Shown: in pieces, positions 37,072 to 50,121 of the stretch
Position numbering within the stretch: position 1 is the first letter of the stretch
How the letters are laid out: every line of letters begins with the position of its first letter
NCBI GenBank assembly: GCA_020536535.1
Contig: JAHLWZ010000505.1
Coordinates: forward strand, 1 to 64,000
Reading direction: 5' to 3'
DNA from: Pelomyxa schiedti
Lineage: Eukaryota > Protista > Evosea
DNA length: 64,000 nt
Notes under the pieces: model-generated
What the model was told of the DNA's origin: nothing
What the model saw: the letters and a program-made list of their open reading frames with translations, nothing else
Database searches by the model: none
Made by a program: the position numbers and the translations under genes

Positions 37072-38386
37072 ATGAAGAGAAGCAAACACCATGTTGTTGC
37101 TGAGTTATCGCAACCTGCAATTTGGCCTGGGTGCAATGCTCACGTACTTGGCTTTTTTCTTTTGGGAGTTTTTTTTTTTTTTCCCCTTTTTCTTTTTCAT
37201 TTTTTTTTACATTGTCTACTAAACTTAACTGTTGCAGCTGGATATTACTATCGATAAAGAGTGGAAAATGCAACAAGGATTAAACTGTCAGAGCATTCAT
37301 TCCATTGTACTCTCGGCAAAAGTTTGCTTGTATCCGTCGATGCAAGGTTTACATATCACACGAGTTTTTATTTTTGCACTGGATTTACTCTGGTGAAGAT
37401 GCGATATGTATTGAATGTGGCGGGCCTGGAGGGAAGGTTATGCAAGTGGAGGAGAACATCTGTAGGGAAACCGACTGTGATATTCATAAATTCAATATTA
37501 AGCAGTACTGTTCCTCATCTAGGTCAATCCGTCTATCTTATTTTTTACAGTTCTATTTACGTTGGGTAGATACCACATGAGTAATTCTGAACTACTCATT
37601 GTTCTGAACTTTGATGGCTTCATTGTCAAAACGAACATCTTTCGTTTAGTCTCCAGGCCCACTAAAGCAAAACCCCCTCTGCATCACTCCCCCGGATGTT
37701 CGATAGCCACTATTCCATCACCACTCAAATCTCCACTACTACACATATCCAGTGACTCCTTTGCCACAGTTCCTGCACTTCCGCAACCACTTCACAATGT
37801 ATGTACTCTTAATTTGTCAGGCTCCCCACCTCCCTCGCATTCCTCATCATCATCACCATGTTCTCCTCCTAGCCCAACCTCTGAGAAAAATCTGGAGAAT
37901 CTGAATCAGAATTTTGACAGCAAACACAACACCCCGCAAGAATCCTTGTCAGTGAAAGAAACAATACCTCAGAGCTGTATCACCCCCTTCAACCCCACAC
38001 GCCCCTGGCCAGGAACATGTAGCACCTATCTCAATCCATGTTCCGTTTTCTCACCCATTCACCCAGGTCCACCGATCGTTGTACGCTTACTTGGGTCTTC
38101 CTCCCCAAAGGAGCTCACAAATCCGCTATTCAACTCCCTCTACCCCGTTTTTGGAAACACCTGCGGGGTAGTTTGGCGACTCACGGAATTCACACACCCA
38201 GCCATTTACCAGAACAATGGTGGGGCAATACCTCCCCGGCTGGCCGTCACCACAGCCCTATACACTGATGTCACTGCAGCGGTATGTGGAATGGCTGTAT
38301 TTGACGAGGTTTGCAACACCGGAGCTGGAGTTGACCTAATTCCGGCCGGCATTGTTCAAACCCTTGCCCTTTTCACATCCTGGTGA
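37072..38386 (+). CDS. Second CudA-family transcription factor (multi-exon)
   Basis: Spliced LDITIDKEW...LSAK...DAICIECGG..KVMQVEE...HKFNIKQYCSSSRYHMSNSELLIVLNFDGFIVKTNIFRLVSR is colinear with the 17845-19322 gene. Start uncertain. Confidence 0.6.
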
Positions 38387-38510
38387 AGCACTCTGTTTTT
38401 CTAAATTGTCTAACAATACATAATACACAAAGTTGAATTGTTTTTTTCTTTTCCACCTGTGGCGCAGGGGAATCACACCTCGCCACACCACCCCCACGGA
38501 AATCTCTTGC

Positions 38511-39665
38511 TTAGAAACTGTATAACTCAGAGGTTCTTGCCGCTGATAGACCTTTTGCAGGAGCCAGCTCCCAGAAGCTCTCGAAGGTAAAGTCCGGGCC
38601 ACAAGAGGCCGATTGGGAAGTACTGGGACTGGGGCTGGGGTGCAGGATCTGGTATTTGTGCAGTGCCACCATCACCGAGCACTTGAGCTGGTCCACAGAG
38701 ACCAGCTCCTTGCCGTCGTAGGCGGTGAGGTAGGTGGCCCTCGCCTGCTCCACTGGGATGCGGGCGATGCTGGCCGAGTCGAGGGCCGGCTGCACGAGGA
38801 GCCTGCGCCTCTTGACGTGGGTGACGAGCTGGGGGTCGGTGCGCCGCGCCTCCCCCTCCATGAGGGAGCTGTCTGCGCACGAGGGCAGGAACAGCGACGC
38901 GGCCCGCCAGCGCGGCGGGGGCGGGGGCGAGGGCGAGGGCGAGGGCGAGGGCCGGCGGGGAGGCCGCTGCCCCTCTTCCTCCTCCGCCTCCTCCGCGGCC
39001 CTGCGGGCGCTCCGTGCGCGCCACCAGGTCGAGCGCTCTGGTTCCTCGCTGCGGACCGCCTCGGCCGGCGGCTGGTCGGGGAGGGGCCTCATGGCGAAGT
39101 CGGGCTCCCACAGCCCGTAGGAGGGGTTGTAGGCTACGTCGAAGCACCAGGGCTCCCACGGCGCCGGCTGCCTGGGGTTGTACACCATGCTTGTGTCCAG
39201 CACCTTGTATCTTGCCGCCATTGCCTTCTCCCTAACGGCCATCCACAGAAGCCTCTTCCAGTCGCGGAACATTTCGGTGTCGCGTCCGTCCGCGCTGCCA
39301 TCTGCGCGGCGTTGGCGGGAATCCGCCGTCGCAAGCGGCGGCTTTGGGAATACCTGGCTCTGGATTGGGCCAAACCAGCATACTTGGTGCATTTGAGTCC
39401 AGAACCAGTGCTCGTCCTTTTGTATCCTGCACACAGAGGTCGGAAAAAGGGCGCGCGTGAGGTATTGCCACGGCCCTAGGCCCTCAGTGTGGAGGTGGTG
39501 GCGCCACCCATAATTTACATTGCAGCACTCCAGGCACGAGTTGAAGTCCAGAAAAGTGCACACTTTGTCGAAGAGGGTGGGGCCCAGGGCCAATAGGGGG
39601 TCGCGTCGCGGTGTGGCCTCGGCGTCGCGGGTAGCCGACGAAGAAGCACTTGTGGGATTGTCCAT
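38511..39665 (-). CDS. F-box protein
   Basis: DPLLALGPTLFDKVCTFLDFNSCLECCNVNYGWR F-box-like motif; 384-aa open frame. Confidence 0.7.
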   Translation of the reverse strand: MDNPTSASSSATRDAEATPRRDPLLALGPTLFDKVCTFLDFNSCLECCNVNYGWRHHLHTEGLGPWQYLTRALFPTSVCRIQKDEHWFWTQMHQVCWFGPIQSQVFPKPPLATADSRQRRADGSADGRDTEMFRDWKRLLWMAVREKAMAARYKVLDTSMVYNPRQPAPWEPWCFDVAYNPSYGLWEPDFAMRPLPDQPPAEAVRSEEPERSTWWRARSARRAAEEAEEEEGQRPPRRPSPSPSPSPPPPPRWRAASLFLPSCADSSLMEGEARRTDPQLVTHVKRRRLLVQPALDSASIARIPVEQARATYLTAYDGKELVSVDQLKCSVMVALHKYQILHPSPSPSTSQSASCGPDFTFESFWELAPAKGLSAARTSELYSF

Positions 39666-39931
39666 TTATTTAGTGGTTGTTCGGCGCTGTCCCACTGCGC
39701 TTTTAATGTTGAAAGTTTTTCTGGGTTGGAACGACCCTTCAGAATGACGAACGATCACTGATCAACATCCCAAGCCACAGTGGCAGGATTTATTCTTGCT
39801 CACGGATCACACAGTTCTTAGTGCGTTTTCTACTTCGCACCTTTCTCCTCAATATTGAGGCGGTGCCCCCAGTCCAGTTCGTTGAATCGCCTGTTCATCA
39901 GAGAGGAAAACGAACTCGTTTCGACATACGA

Positions 39932-42311
39932 ATGGACACCACAGCCCGAGCCGTGCCCCTCAGCATGGGTATAGATTTTGGTACCAACAGCGTGCGCGTT
40001 GTGCTGGTGGAGTTGCCCCATAATCTGGAATCTTCGGTGCCGGGGACTCGCAAGGTCGGCAGCATTGTCAGCACGGGAACTTGCGGCTACCGCAGCGGCT
40101 GCGAGGGTGTAATTTTGGACCCTTCGAATCCTGATTTGGCACGCCAGCATCCAATTGTACATTGTCATACTTTTTTTTTTTTTTCGCACTCAAATTGCTT
40201 GACATTTCACTTGAAATACCTTGTGTCCCTTATAATAGGCCTAGTAAAATGCTAATTTATTGACTGTTAAATTTGATTTGTAACGGTACTCGTTTGCTAT
40301 TTGACGTTGTGTATAAATGTCGATTGGTTTCTTGAAATGCACTGTGAATTGTTCCTGGGTCTTATTGTTGGGAGGCAGGATTATCTGGATGCTATGAGTG
40401 TTGCAGCTCAGAGAGCCATAGAGCAAGCTGGTGGAATAAATGTTGCCCAGCTTGTGGTGGGTGTTGGTGTTGACACTACTGGATCCACGCCAGGTCCACT
40501 GGATGCCCATGGTGTTCCTCTGGCTATGTTGGAAGAATTCTCTTCAGATTTGGATAGCCACTTTTGGCTGTGGAAGGTTTCAGATAAAGCTTCTCTCATT
40601 GCGTTCCTTATGTACATCTAGGATCACACTTCTCATGCAGAAGCGAAGTTAATTACCCAGACAGCTCAGTCCTCAAATCCAGAGGTTCATTAGCCCCACT
40701 TGTAGCCATTATTTTAAAACTATTCAGTACTTGAGCAAATGTGGAGGCGTTTATAGTGCTGAATGGTTTTGGAGCAAAATATTCCACTGCTGCCGCACAA
40801 ATAGTAGAATCTTCAATGCGGCCTATACTTGGGTTGAGTGTTGCGACTATATCACTGCAGTGTTAAGTGGAACCACTATGCCAACTTCTCTAAAGAGAAG
40901 CAGGTGTGCTGCAGGCCACAAGGTATAACTTATTTTATAATCATTATTAAACTTTTTTTTTCCCCCACTATGTAGGCCATGTACAATGATAACTGGGGCG
41001 GACTTCCAAGTAAAGAATTTCTAGCCAAGCTTGACCCATCACTGGCTACTCTTCGAGAAAGACTATATTCTCAGACGTACACTTGTGATACAGTTGCAGG
41101 TGGATTAACTGATGAGTGGGCACACAAACTTGGGGGTCTGAGACCTGGAATCCCAGTTGCTGTGGGAGCGATTGATGCACATTTTGGGGCTGTTGGCTCT
41201 GGAGTCGAAGAGGGGAAATTTGTCAAGGTCATCCCACTTCTGCCATAAGTACGGCTAGTGTAACAGAAATTACCAGATTATAGGGACTAGCACTTGTGAC
41301 ATTTGTGTTTGGCCACGTGATTCAGAGCCCACACATGATATCCCAAAAGTATGTGGCGTTGTAGACGGGTCTGTATTACCTGGATTTATGGCTCTTGAGG
41401 CTGGCCAATCGGCAGTTGGAGGTAAGTTCCTTCATTTTTATTTTATTTTATTTTATTTGTTCATCTTACCCAATTCTTTTAGATATATTCAATTGGTTTG
41501 TGAGTTCCATTCAGCCTCTTGGTGCCAAGGGAACTCACGAGGAACTTACTGAAAAAGCTTCTAGTCTGCAACCAGGTGGGTGATAATTCCTACCTGAATG
41601 AACTGATTAAGTTCAGGCGAAACTGGATTACTTTCCCTGGATTGGCACAACGGGAACAGAAACCTTCTTGTTGACCAGCGCCTCTCCGGACTGATTCTTG
41701 GGCTTACCCTATCCACCCAACCTCATGAAATCTACCGTGCACTTCTCGAAGCCACTGCTTTTGGTGCCAAGATGATCATTGACCATGTTACCAACCAGGG
41801 AATACGAGTTAACGAAGTACACAAACCACAGTGGTGAGACAAGAACTGACCTTTTTCCAAAAGGTGATCTGTTGTGGTGGAATTGCAGAGAAGAATCCAC
41901 TGCTTATGCAGATATACGCTGATGTAATCGGCAAAGAGATGAAGGTATCTGGATCACCACAGGCATGTGCCCTCGGAGCAGCAATTTCTGGTGCTGTGGT
42001 TGCCAAAAGGTACCTCCCGCTATTCTATTATGACCAGCATCATATTGATTCCAAACAGAACCGGAGGTGGCTATAACACTTTTGCTGAGGCCCAGGCAGC
42101 CCTTGTACCTCCTACTACCAGAACCTATACACCTTGCTCTGCGGCACACCAAGCATACCTCCGCATATTCAAGTTATACACACAAGTGCATGATGCATTT
42201 GGAACTCAACCCACACCCTCAGCACCTCTTTTTAATGTTATGAAGGAATTGTTGGACCTACGTGATATGGTCACAACCCAACAGCAATGTACCACAACCA
42301 AAAGAGTCTAG
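39932..42311 (+). CDS. araB: L-ribulokinase, bacterial AraB-type FGGY kinase (multi-exon)
   Basis: [109 protein letters not shown]. Confidence 0.92.
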
Positions 42312-42482
42312 AACCCAAAAAAAAAGTCCAATTTTGGTCTTTTAACTTCTTGAAACCTGATCTCAAAAAAAAGTGCCAATCCTTTTGCAAAAGCTACGAA
42401 ATAGGGAAAAATGAAATGGTTTCTGGTTTTCTTTAAAGGACAGGGCTTTTCGTGTGCTACGTTGCTTTGGGTGCTTCTGAGT

Positions 42483-43793
42483 TCAGTGACTTTTTACAAG
42501 CATACTGTGAGTGAGGCAAATTCCACATCCAGGGTACAAACGACCATACGCATTACACAGCAGGCACAGTGTGAGTGACTCCCATTGACTGTCCTTAGCA
42601 CAGGCGGGGAAATGGTGGCATATCTGAAATCTATTAGTGAAACTTGGATAGGGAAATGTCAATACCCATCGCCAGAGCGGCTTCACGTCGTCGGTGTGGA
42701 TCACGACTACGTTGTCCGTGTCTACGAACGAATGCTTGAGTATCTTTCGCAATTGAGCAGACCTCTGTAATTGTTCATATATTGCTGTTCCACACGCACC
42801 AAAATCAGCATTGTGTCTGAGTAATTACTTACACATCTCCCAAAAAAAGTAGAAGAGTATACTGAAAAGAGTTGTAATAATCAATTCCATCATTGGTAGA
42901 GGCTGCCGTAAGTATTAAAACAATACGGTAAAGCGAGTTTAGTGCATCTAATTCTGTTCTTAAGCAGGTCAAAATGAATATGTACTAGAGTACCTATCAA
43001 AGGTGGGCTTGGAGGATGGGCCTTCCCGTCGCACCAGATTTCCAGTCTTGTCTTAATGCCAATGCCCCTATTAAACCTGGTCAAGTAATAGACAAAGTAT
43101 GTTAGTGCATAGGTGTACACTTTAACTTATTTATGTGGCACACTTGGTAATAAAATGCCATCTCATGCTCAGCTTCTGCCGAGAGGTGTGGGGCTCAGTG
43201 TTGAGGCCGTTCTTCCAGAGGCACTCGAACAATTCCACGGTTCGTGCCTGTGGCGGGAAGGTCATGGTCCACAGGTGCAGCACCTCCTTCGCAAAGCCCT
43301 CATTGTCGAGTGCAGCTGTTGGCCTCACAGCCGGTGCGTGGCTCTGAAAGGAGCAGAATATGTATCCCGTCTTGTTCCAAAGCAAGGCCAGCTGAGTCAA
43401 CTCCATACTCGTGAATGATATCAGAATTGCCCCATCACCAACGACCTGGACGTAGTCGATGCCACCAACTTTGTTTCCACGGACGAGATCAGTTGCAAAT
43501 CTGAACAGCTTGGCAGTCCTTTGGCCCACTTCCCACTCTGACCCGGTGTAGACAACTCGAAGGACGGCCTTGTCGTTGTACGGCAAAGACACGTAGGCGT
43601 TCACGAGTGCCCATACGTAATCGGTTTTGTGGGAGCACCAGGACAGGTCAATAAGGAGATCCGCAACGAGGTTGATGAGATCTCGGATTGTGGTACTCGG
43701 GAGCAGAAAATACGGCACCATCACGGCGAGGTTGAAAACGACATCGTCTGGCAAAACAAGCATGGTCAATAATGTATAGTACGAGGAAAACAT
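42483..43793 (-). CDS. Hypothetical protein (multi-exon)
   Basis: 220-aa ORF 43131-43793 plus downstream exon-like frames to 42483. No recognisable motif. Confidence 0.45.
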
Positions 43794-43978
43794 AAAAAAG
43801 AGGGAGAACTGACAAGGCCTTCATGTGTCGTATTTTCCCGTATTTTCGTCCCACCACGACGGAATAAAAATAAAAAATGAAAAATTGCAAGTTGGTGCGA
43901 CAGGTTGTTTGACATCTCCAGCACCGGTCAACAAAGCCACACACAGCAAAAAAAAAAAAAAATAAGTTCTTAGCATAG

Positions 43979-46900
43979 TCACCTCAGTTGCTTTCCCTTC
44001 AGAACCACTCTCACTTCCATGTGTTGTTCCTGTCCTTCTTCCTCATCAACCTCCACTTCCTGTTGTTCCTCTTCTTGTTCCGGCCGCTTCTTGTGATGTG
44101 ACTTACGGCTGTGTGACGAGTGGTACTGGCTGGTCTGGGCGTCCTGCAGGAGGCTCGGAGCTTCCTTCTTGTGGTGTGATCGAGGGTGATTGCTGCTGTT
44201 GTTCTGATGTTTATTCGGCGACGGCCTATGGCTGCCGCTTGTAGTGGTGCAAGGGGTTCCCGTGTCAGAGTAGTCGTCGTCGTCGCTGTAGTTCTCTTCC
44301 TCCCCGGCGTCGGGCTCGCTGTCAAACCAGACAAAGGCATCATCGGCGCCGTTGTCTTGGGAATGCGAGGAGGGGGTTTTCTTGGAGGAGGTTGTTGGTC
44401 CTCCTTGCGGTAGTGCCGAACTGGTAGTATCGGTAGTTGGAATTGATTTGCCTGATGGCTTGGTCACTGTTTTACTATCTAGTTAGCTAAATTGTGGGTG
44501 GTTGCATTTTTGTTAACCTTGGGAAGCTGGAGAGTTTTTCGAGCTATAGAAAAATGATTTTCTGTTGAGAAGGGGAGATGTATCTTTAGGTGAAATACCT
44601 TGTTTGTTTGCTCTTGTTCTTCCGGCCTTTCCGTTTGTCTGCACCAAATGTTAGTAAACAATTTCAATAGATATGCTGACCTGAATACACAACAGTAGGA
44701 GGAAAGAGTGCAACCTCCATTTCTCTCATAAGATTATGCCTCCGTGTGTAGGCTTCATCAGATGTGTCCTCTTCACTAGATCCCTTAAAGCAGAACCAAA
44801 TAATTCAGACAGGTATTGCAAGACGATTTACATACTTCTGTCGGTGTTGGTTGGTTGTTTTGCAGAACTCTCCAGGATGGAAGAGGAATGGCTTTTGGAA
44901 TTGGAGGAGGCTCATATCTTACACTTATCTGTTATAATATAAATTAGGAGCATAGTTACGGTTAAATATATCGTACAGGGGAAGAAATAACAATCCGGTC
45001 TGGATCATAATCAGCAGTTCTGGAATTTGGTCTGTGCAACGACTGACGAGCTCTTTTACTTGAAGGTGGTTTCAAGATCTTATTATTGTATTTGAGGGAC
45101 TTAAAGAAGATAAAGCTGCCGTACTTCTGGGGGGAGTACAGAAAAATCAGGGGGGTTTGTGGAGTATGCTACACGAACTACCCAGTGTCCATACATGTCC
45201 CTGGTCAGGGAAGGGTATTGCTGGTTTTCCCAAGAAAAACAGGTGGAGTTTGAATGTGATGATTGCCGTTCAGCGTTGTCCCATTGCAAAAGAAGTCTAG
45301 AATATGTGATGAGTGCAGCTTCTATTAGCGGGAGAGGTCCCCAAGTAAAAATATTGAAGAGATTTTTGGGCAGTACTCTTTACGTTCATTTGATTGATGA
45401 CAGGCTAAGAGAGCCACTGGTTGCAATGCCGATTTTTCTTCATAATCCTTCTTTTTTCCCCCACTCCAGTCACTGCAAAGAAGTGGAATAAAAGTTACAT
45501 ACAAGATCGTTCAAAAGAAGTAACCACAAGTATCTACAGAATATTCTTACACGCTTTGATTTAGAAAAGCACATCATTTTCCTCATCAGTAGAAGGTGCT
45601 TAAGTGTTGCTTGTAGTTTCCAATCTTCCTCGTTTTCCTCACTCTCCAAGTCATCATCGTCATAAGTAATTTCCACTTCTTCCTCACTGCTTGTCTCCAC
45701 CAATTTTTTCCGCGCAGGACGATGGCGATTTGGTTGGGATGACTTCAAGACCCGCCGAGGTACAGGAACACCCCCCGATCTCCGCCTGTTGCATGCAGCA
45801 CACTGACAGATATTCCGGCAAACAAGGCATACATAAGTGTGCAAGCAACTGTCTACGTCAGCAGTGTAGTGCTTGAGGAGGCAATTAGCGCAAAATGAAC
45901 TCCCACATTGGTTGCAGCATATATACCAAGCATGTCTGAGCACAGACAATGTAAACTTTGAGAATTATTTGGGGTTCAAAATTACTTGAGATGGCATTGA
46001 TGACAAGTGCGCCCCAAAGGATAGATGATGTGCCGCTTGTGAGCTACTCTTTGTTGTTTCTGCATTTATGACGTGATATGAATACAACTTTCAGTGTTAA
46101 TATATACAGTTATTTTTCTTTCACTGCATACAAACCAGCCCAAGTCTTTCTTCATTTGATCTATCCATGTCTTGAAAAATTGTGCCCCAGCCCAACTCAG
46201 AGGCATTTCGCCAAACAGGTGGCTCCCCCTGCGCTAGTACAACTAAGTATCTAAGGTGTCCGTTCTTGCAATGTGAATATCAGATGACGCACTAAAAGGC
46301 AAGAAAGATTACAGTAGTGACTTTCTTTGATAGAACTTCGACAAGTTGTGGCTCGCTTCTTGAAGACGGAACACGAGCTGGAGCAAAGTACTCACTAGGG
46401 TCATCGTTATCAATGAAGTCGGCACAGTTACAAAGCGTCGACCCGGTGGGAGAGGAAAGTCTAGTTATGGCTCTAGGACTAGAAATTTCCTCATTTGGCA
46501 ATTCAGTTGCTGACACACGAGTTGTCTCAGTTGAGCCAAAATTGGAAAGAGTGGGTAGGATGGAGCCAGTGTTGGAGCTGGTTCTGCCCTTTTTCTGAAA
46601 ACGGGTGCGAGAAGCAATTTGCCTTTCCAAAGGATTGTTCTGCACGTCTATTGAACTGGCATTGTTTCCCGCAGTAACTGGCTGTTGACTTTGAAGCTGG
46701 GAAGCTGCCATTCGTGCCAGTACTTGGTCGAGTTCTTTACGAACTCCATCTGTTGTTTGATCCTTGAGTGCCAATGACACAGTTCCATTTTCAGAACTTG
46801 CCTCCTGCATCACATTGTGTACAACGGTATTGCCAGTAGCGGGTGGGATACATAATGGGATTGCATTTACAAGAGGCAAGATTTTTGGTGAAAAAAGTTG

Positions 46901-47769
46901 TGGATACGCCTGCGCCTGTGTGATACTAACGTTGCTGCGCTGGGCATTTGAAGGTGATTGTGAAGACATGGTTGATGTCTTCCTGTGCCTGTGGGAGGAT
47001 TTTGAAGAGTCACAGAGAGGAAACGCTTGTTGCTCTATAGATGCCGAGTTTCGAGGTTGCATAGCCCAGAGGTCTGCTGTTTTGTTAACTTCGAAGTCTA
47101 TTGAGTTTGTGGGTGGAATGTACCTGAGCCACCTGAGATGAAAAGGGTATTTCTGTTGCTCTCCAAACAGGCACGCACATTTTCCCTCCAACTGGGACCT
47201 ACAATGTTAAGCACAACAACTAACAAATCACAAGTACTTGCAAGAAGTTCAGGAAGAGGCTCAAAAAAGTAGTGAAAATATTGGATGTATTCACAGATTT
47301 CTGTATTCCAGTGAAAGAAGCTAACCGCACTAGAATTCGATTTGTGGATCCACCCAAGGTTATACAACACAGTGAAAATGACTTCCTGCCTGCCACAAAT
47401 GAATGATACACCACTTTCATTAACAGTGTCCAATAAAAAATGAATAGTGTACCAATTCTTGTCAACGTGAAGGATAATTGGAGTCTCCCCAGCACATTTC
47501 TCACACAAGTACTTGAACTTGGAGTCACCTGGATATGGCATCACTCCACCTGCAAACCAAGTCACTTTGTCAACCAAAACGAGGTTCAAGAAAAGGAAAA
47601 AATAAAAAACACCAACAACTATGTATGGCATCTCCACTAAGACATTATCCAGTAAAAGAAAAGAAAATTGGGGAAAAAAAAACGGACTCAATAATTTCAG
47701 TTGCTTGCAGCCCTGGCACCTGTACTTGAACTCCAGTGGCTGAAAAAGTTTGGACCGCTGGGTGCTCAT
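43979..47769 (-). CDS. Chromatin protein: N-terminal PHD/winged-helix (ASH2/PCL-like) + zf-4CXXC_R1 (CDCA7-type) zinc finger (multi-exon; 3' end uncertain)
   Basis: YRCQGC...FKYLCEKC...WQEVIFTVLYNL...FFHWNTEICEYI, then GRTCHQC...CCNQCGSSFCANCLLKHY...YVCLVCRNICQCAACNRRR. Confidence 0.65.
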
Positions 47770-47863
47770 CACTTTGATTTGTAATTTTTCTTTTTCATGG
47801 TTTACGTAAGACACGATTTGTTCTTGGCTCTTTTACTTTCGGAGCTAAGTCAAGGCAAAGAGG

Positions 47864-50037
47864 TCAGGGATACACTACACGGCCATTGGAGACGCAAAGC
47901 AGAACTTTTGCGGTGTGGATGGAAGTTAGGGGTATTTGAAAGAGGTCTTTGCTCAGAACAATCAGGTCAGCTTTCTTCCCAGGTTCTAGTGTGCCGGTCT
48001 CCATCTTTGGTTTGTTTAGTAAGTTTTGTTTTGTATGAGGTAACTGACATCAAGGTGGTTGACATAGGCCGAGCCAGATGTGTATGCGCATAGAATGTCT
48101 TCCAGTGGCACAATTTGCGAAGGTAACCAAACCGGCTTGGTTTCATCGTCTCCTATGTTCCTGTGGGTAACAGCTATCTCGATGCCACTGTAGAATAATG
48201 TCAACAAATTCAAGGTGGGTGCAGATATTACTCTAGAGGGTTAAGTGATGACACTGGCCAATCACTTCCACAGCACAATTTCCCACCCGATTCCAGAATT
48301 GATCTGATAGGGTATTGCTGGGATGACCTCAAAGGACCTAGTACTGTTTGAGTTGTTTTCATGTCGTTGTCCAGGCGAAACCAAAGAGGACTAAAGGTCG
48401 ATATGATGCCCAGTCTTGCAAACCTCGGTATGTCAGAAGGACACACTAATTGCAGGTGTGCAATGTGGTGCCGCAAGTCATTCATGCCGTGTTTCCTTCT
48501 TGCCACTTCAAACCCATCTAAGGCAACAGTGACGGCTCTATCGCCAACTGCGTGGATATGAATCTAGTTTGGTTGTTGGATACTTTTTTTGGACTTTTCA
48601 ATCGCACACCTGATACCCATTACCATCCAACTGGACTATTATGTCTTCCAATTCTTTTGGGTCATAGTTTAATAGCCCCATAGGATTTGGGCAGGTTTCG
48701 AGTAGGAAAGGTTGGTGAAGCGCTGCAGTTCTTGACTCCATGACTCTTGAAAAATTTTAACATCAAAGATAATGCAGAAAAATACACACCCGTCTAGCAT
48801 TATTTTTACTGTGCTTACTCGAAAGTGGGTGCGTTGTGAAGCCCTCAACGAATTCAAGTGCCTGGGATTCTGTTAATTTGATACTGCTATCCCGTATTCG
48901 TTGGAGTTGGTGGGCTACTCTACAGTTGTGACGCCCTTCACCCATTGTAGTGATAAAGACGCCTTCGGGAGAAGATATCTATCTGGCAGGCGATAGTGCA
49001 CACCACACGGCTTGCATATTGTTGATATCCTATCAGAAGGCTCTCTCTCACTACAAGGTTCGTTGTTTGTTACAGTAGGTTCAGTCAGAAACATGTCGGC
49101 ATAGTAAGGAAAATTCGAGTCGCGAACAAGTCCTTCCTGAAATGCTGTTATTCCCAACGGCCTGAGTTGACTCAAGCCAGTAGCAAGGGCAGCCATCTGT
49201 GAGAGGTTATTTTTGAATTTGCGTAATAAGATACCTTAAAAGCGTGTGTTGGGGGAGGAAGGCATTTATAGAGGAACTCACTGGCTTCCTCATGTAACAA
49301 TCCATTCGGGATTCCATTACTAGTGTATGTGCTAAGTACATTGATACAAACTTGAGGCTACCTATCCAAGCATACTACGCCACCAGTAATATGAGTATCT
49401 TCAGTGATTTTGGCAATCTGAAGAGCCCTTGTATTGGCCCAGGCGGCGTGCCCGTCCCACCTCCTGCAGAAAAAATGGGTTTATGGAGAGAATGGAGAAA
49501 TAACCTAATTACTGCAGGGCGAGAGGGAACTACGGCATCGAGCATTGCTCGTGGGGATTCATTGCAATGAGAAAACCAATCATCAACCCATCCAGAGCCT
49601 ATCACCCATTCACAGTCACTTGTGAGGCAATTTGAAGAGGCGAATCTTAAAGAAGGATTCATAGAGTTTCAAAAGCTAGCAGGAGAGTACTCGCGAATTG
49701 TCTTTAAGCCATTTGCGAGTGTTCCTGTGCTCTCCAAAACGCAATTGCACAGCTGTGAGCCCCCAAAAATGACATGCACATGAGCATCCTGAAACGCCGG
49801 CATGCAGAACACGCCCGCCTCAGCACCTAGCATTGGATGAACAAATAATCAACGGGCACAGCACAAGCACAGATCCACACAAGAACCAGTCAACATTGTC
49901 ACATCCGCAGTCTCCGCCTCAGATCTTACCGGCCCCACGTAATCGATGGCATCACCGCACCACGTCACCTCGCCCATCGTCCTGTACCCACATTTTCCAG
50001 TCCACAATGCGCCCCTAACGCCAAGCTTTCGTGACAT
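47864..50037 (-). CDS. Amidohydrolase-3 family (YtcJ-like) metallohydrolase (multi-exon)
   Basis: MPAFQDAHVH, WVIGSGW, DGHAAWANTRAL, GITAFQEG, VKIMLDG, IHAVGDRAV, HHIAHLQLV, GSDWPV, ADLIVL. Confidence 0.9.
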
Positions 50038-50121
50038 CCCACGTGCCGGGGAATACTGTCAAAGTGCCAAACAGGTGACGAAGAAAATTGTTTCGTTTGT
50101 GAAACAACAAAACAAAAAAAA

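Noticed and set aside
31641-42311. CBM9-like gene + ribulokinase as a sugar-utilisation cluster
   Set aside because: They are separated by unrelated genes (DPYD, CudA, F-box), and there is no araA/araD in the window.
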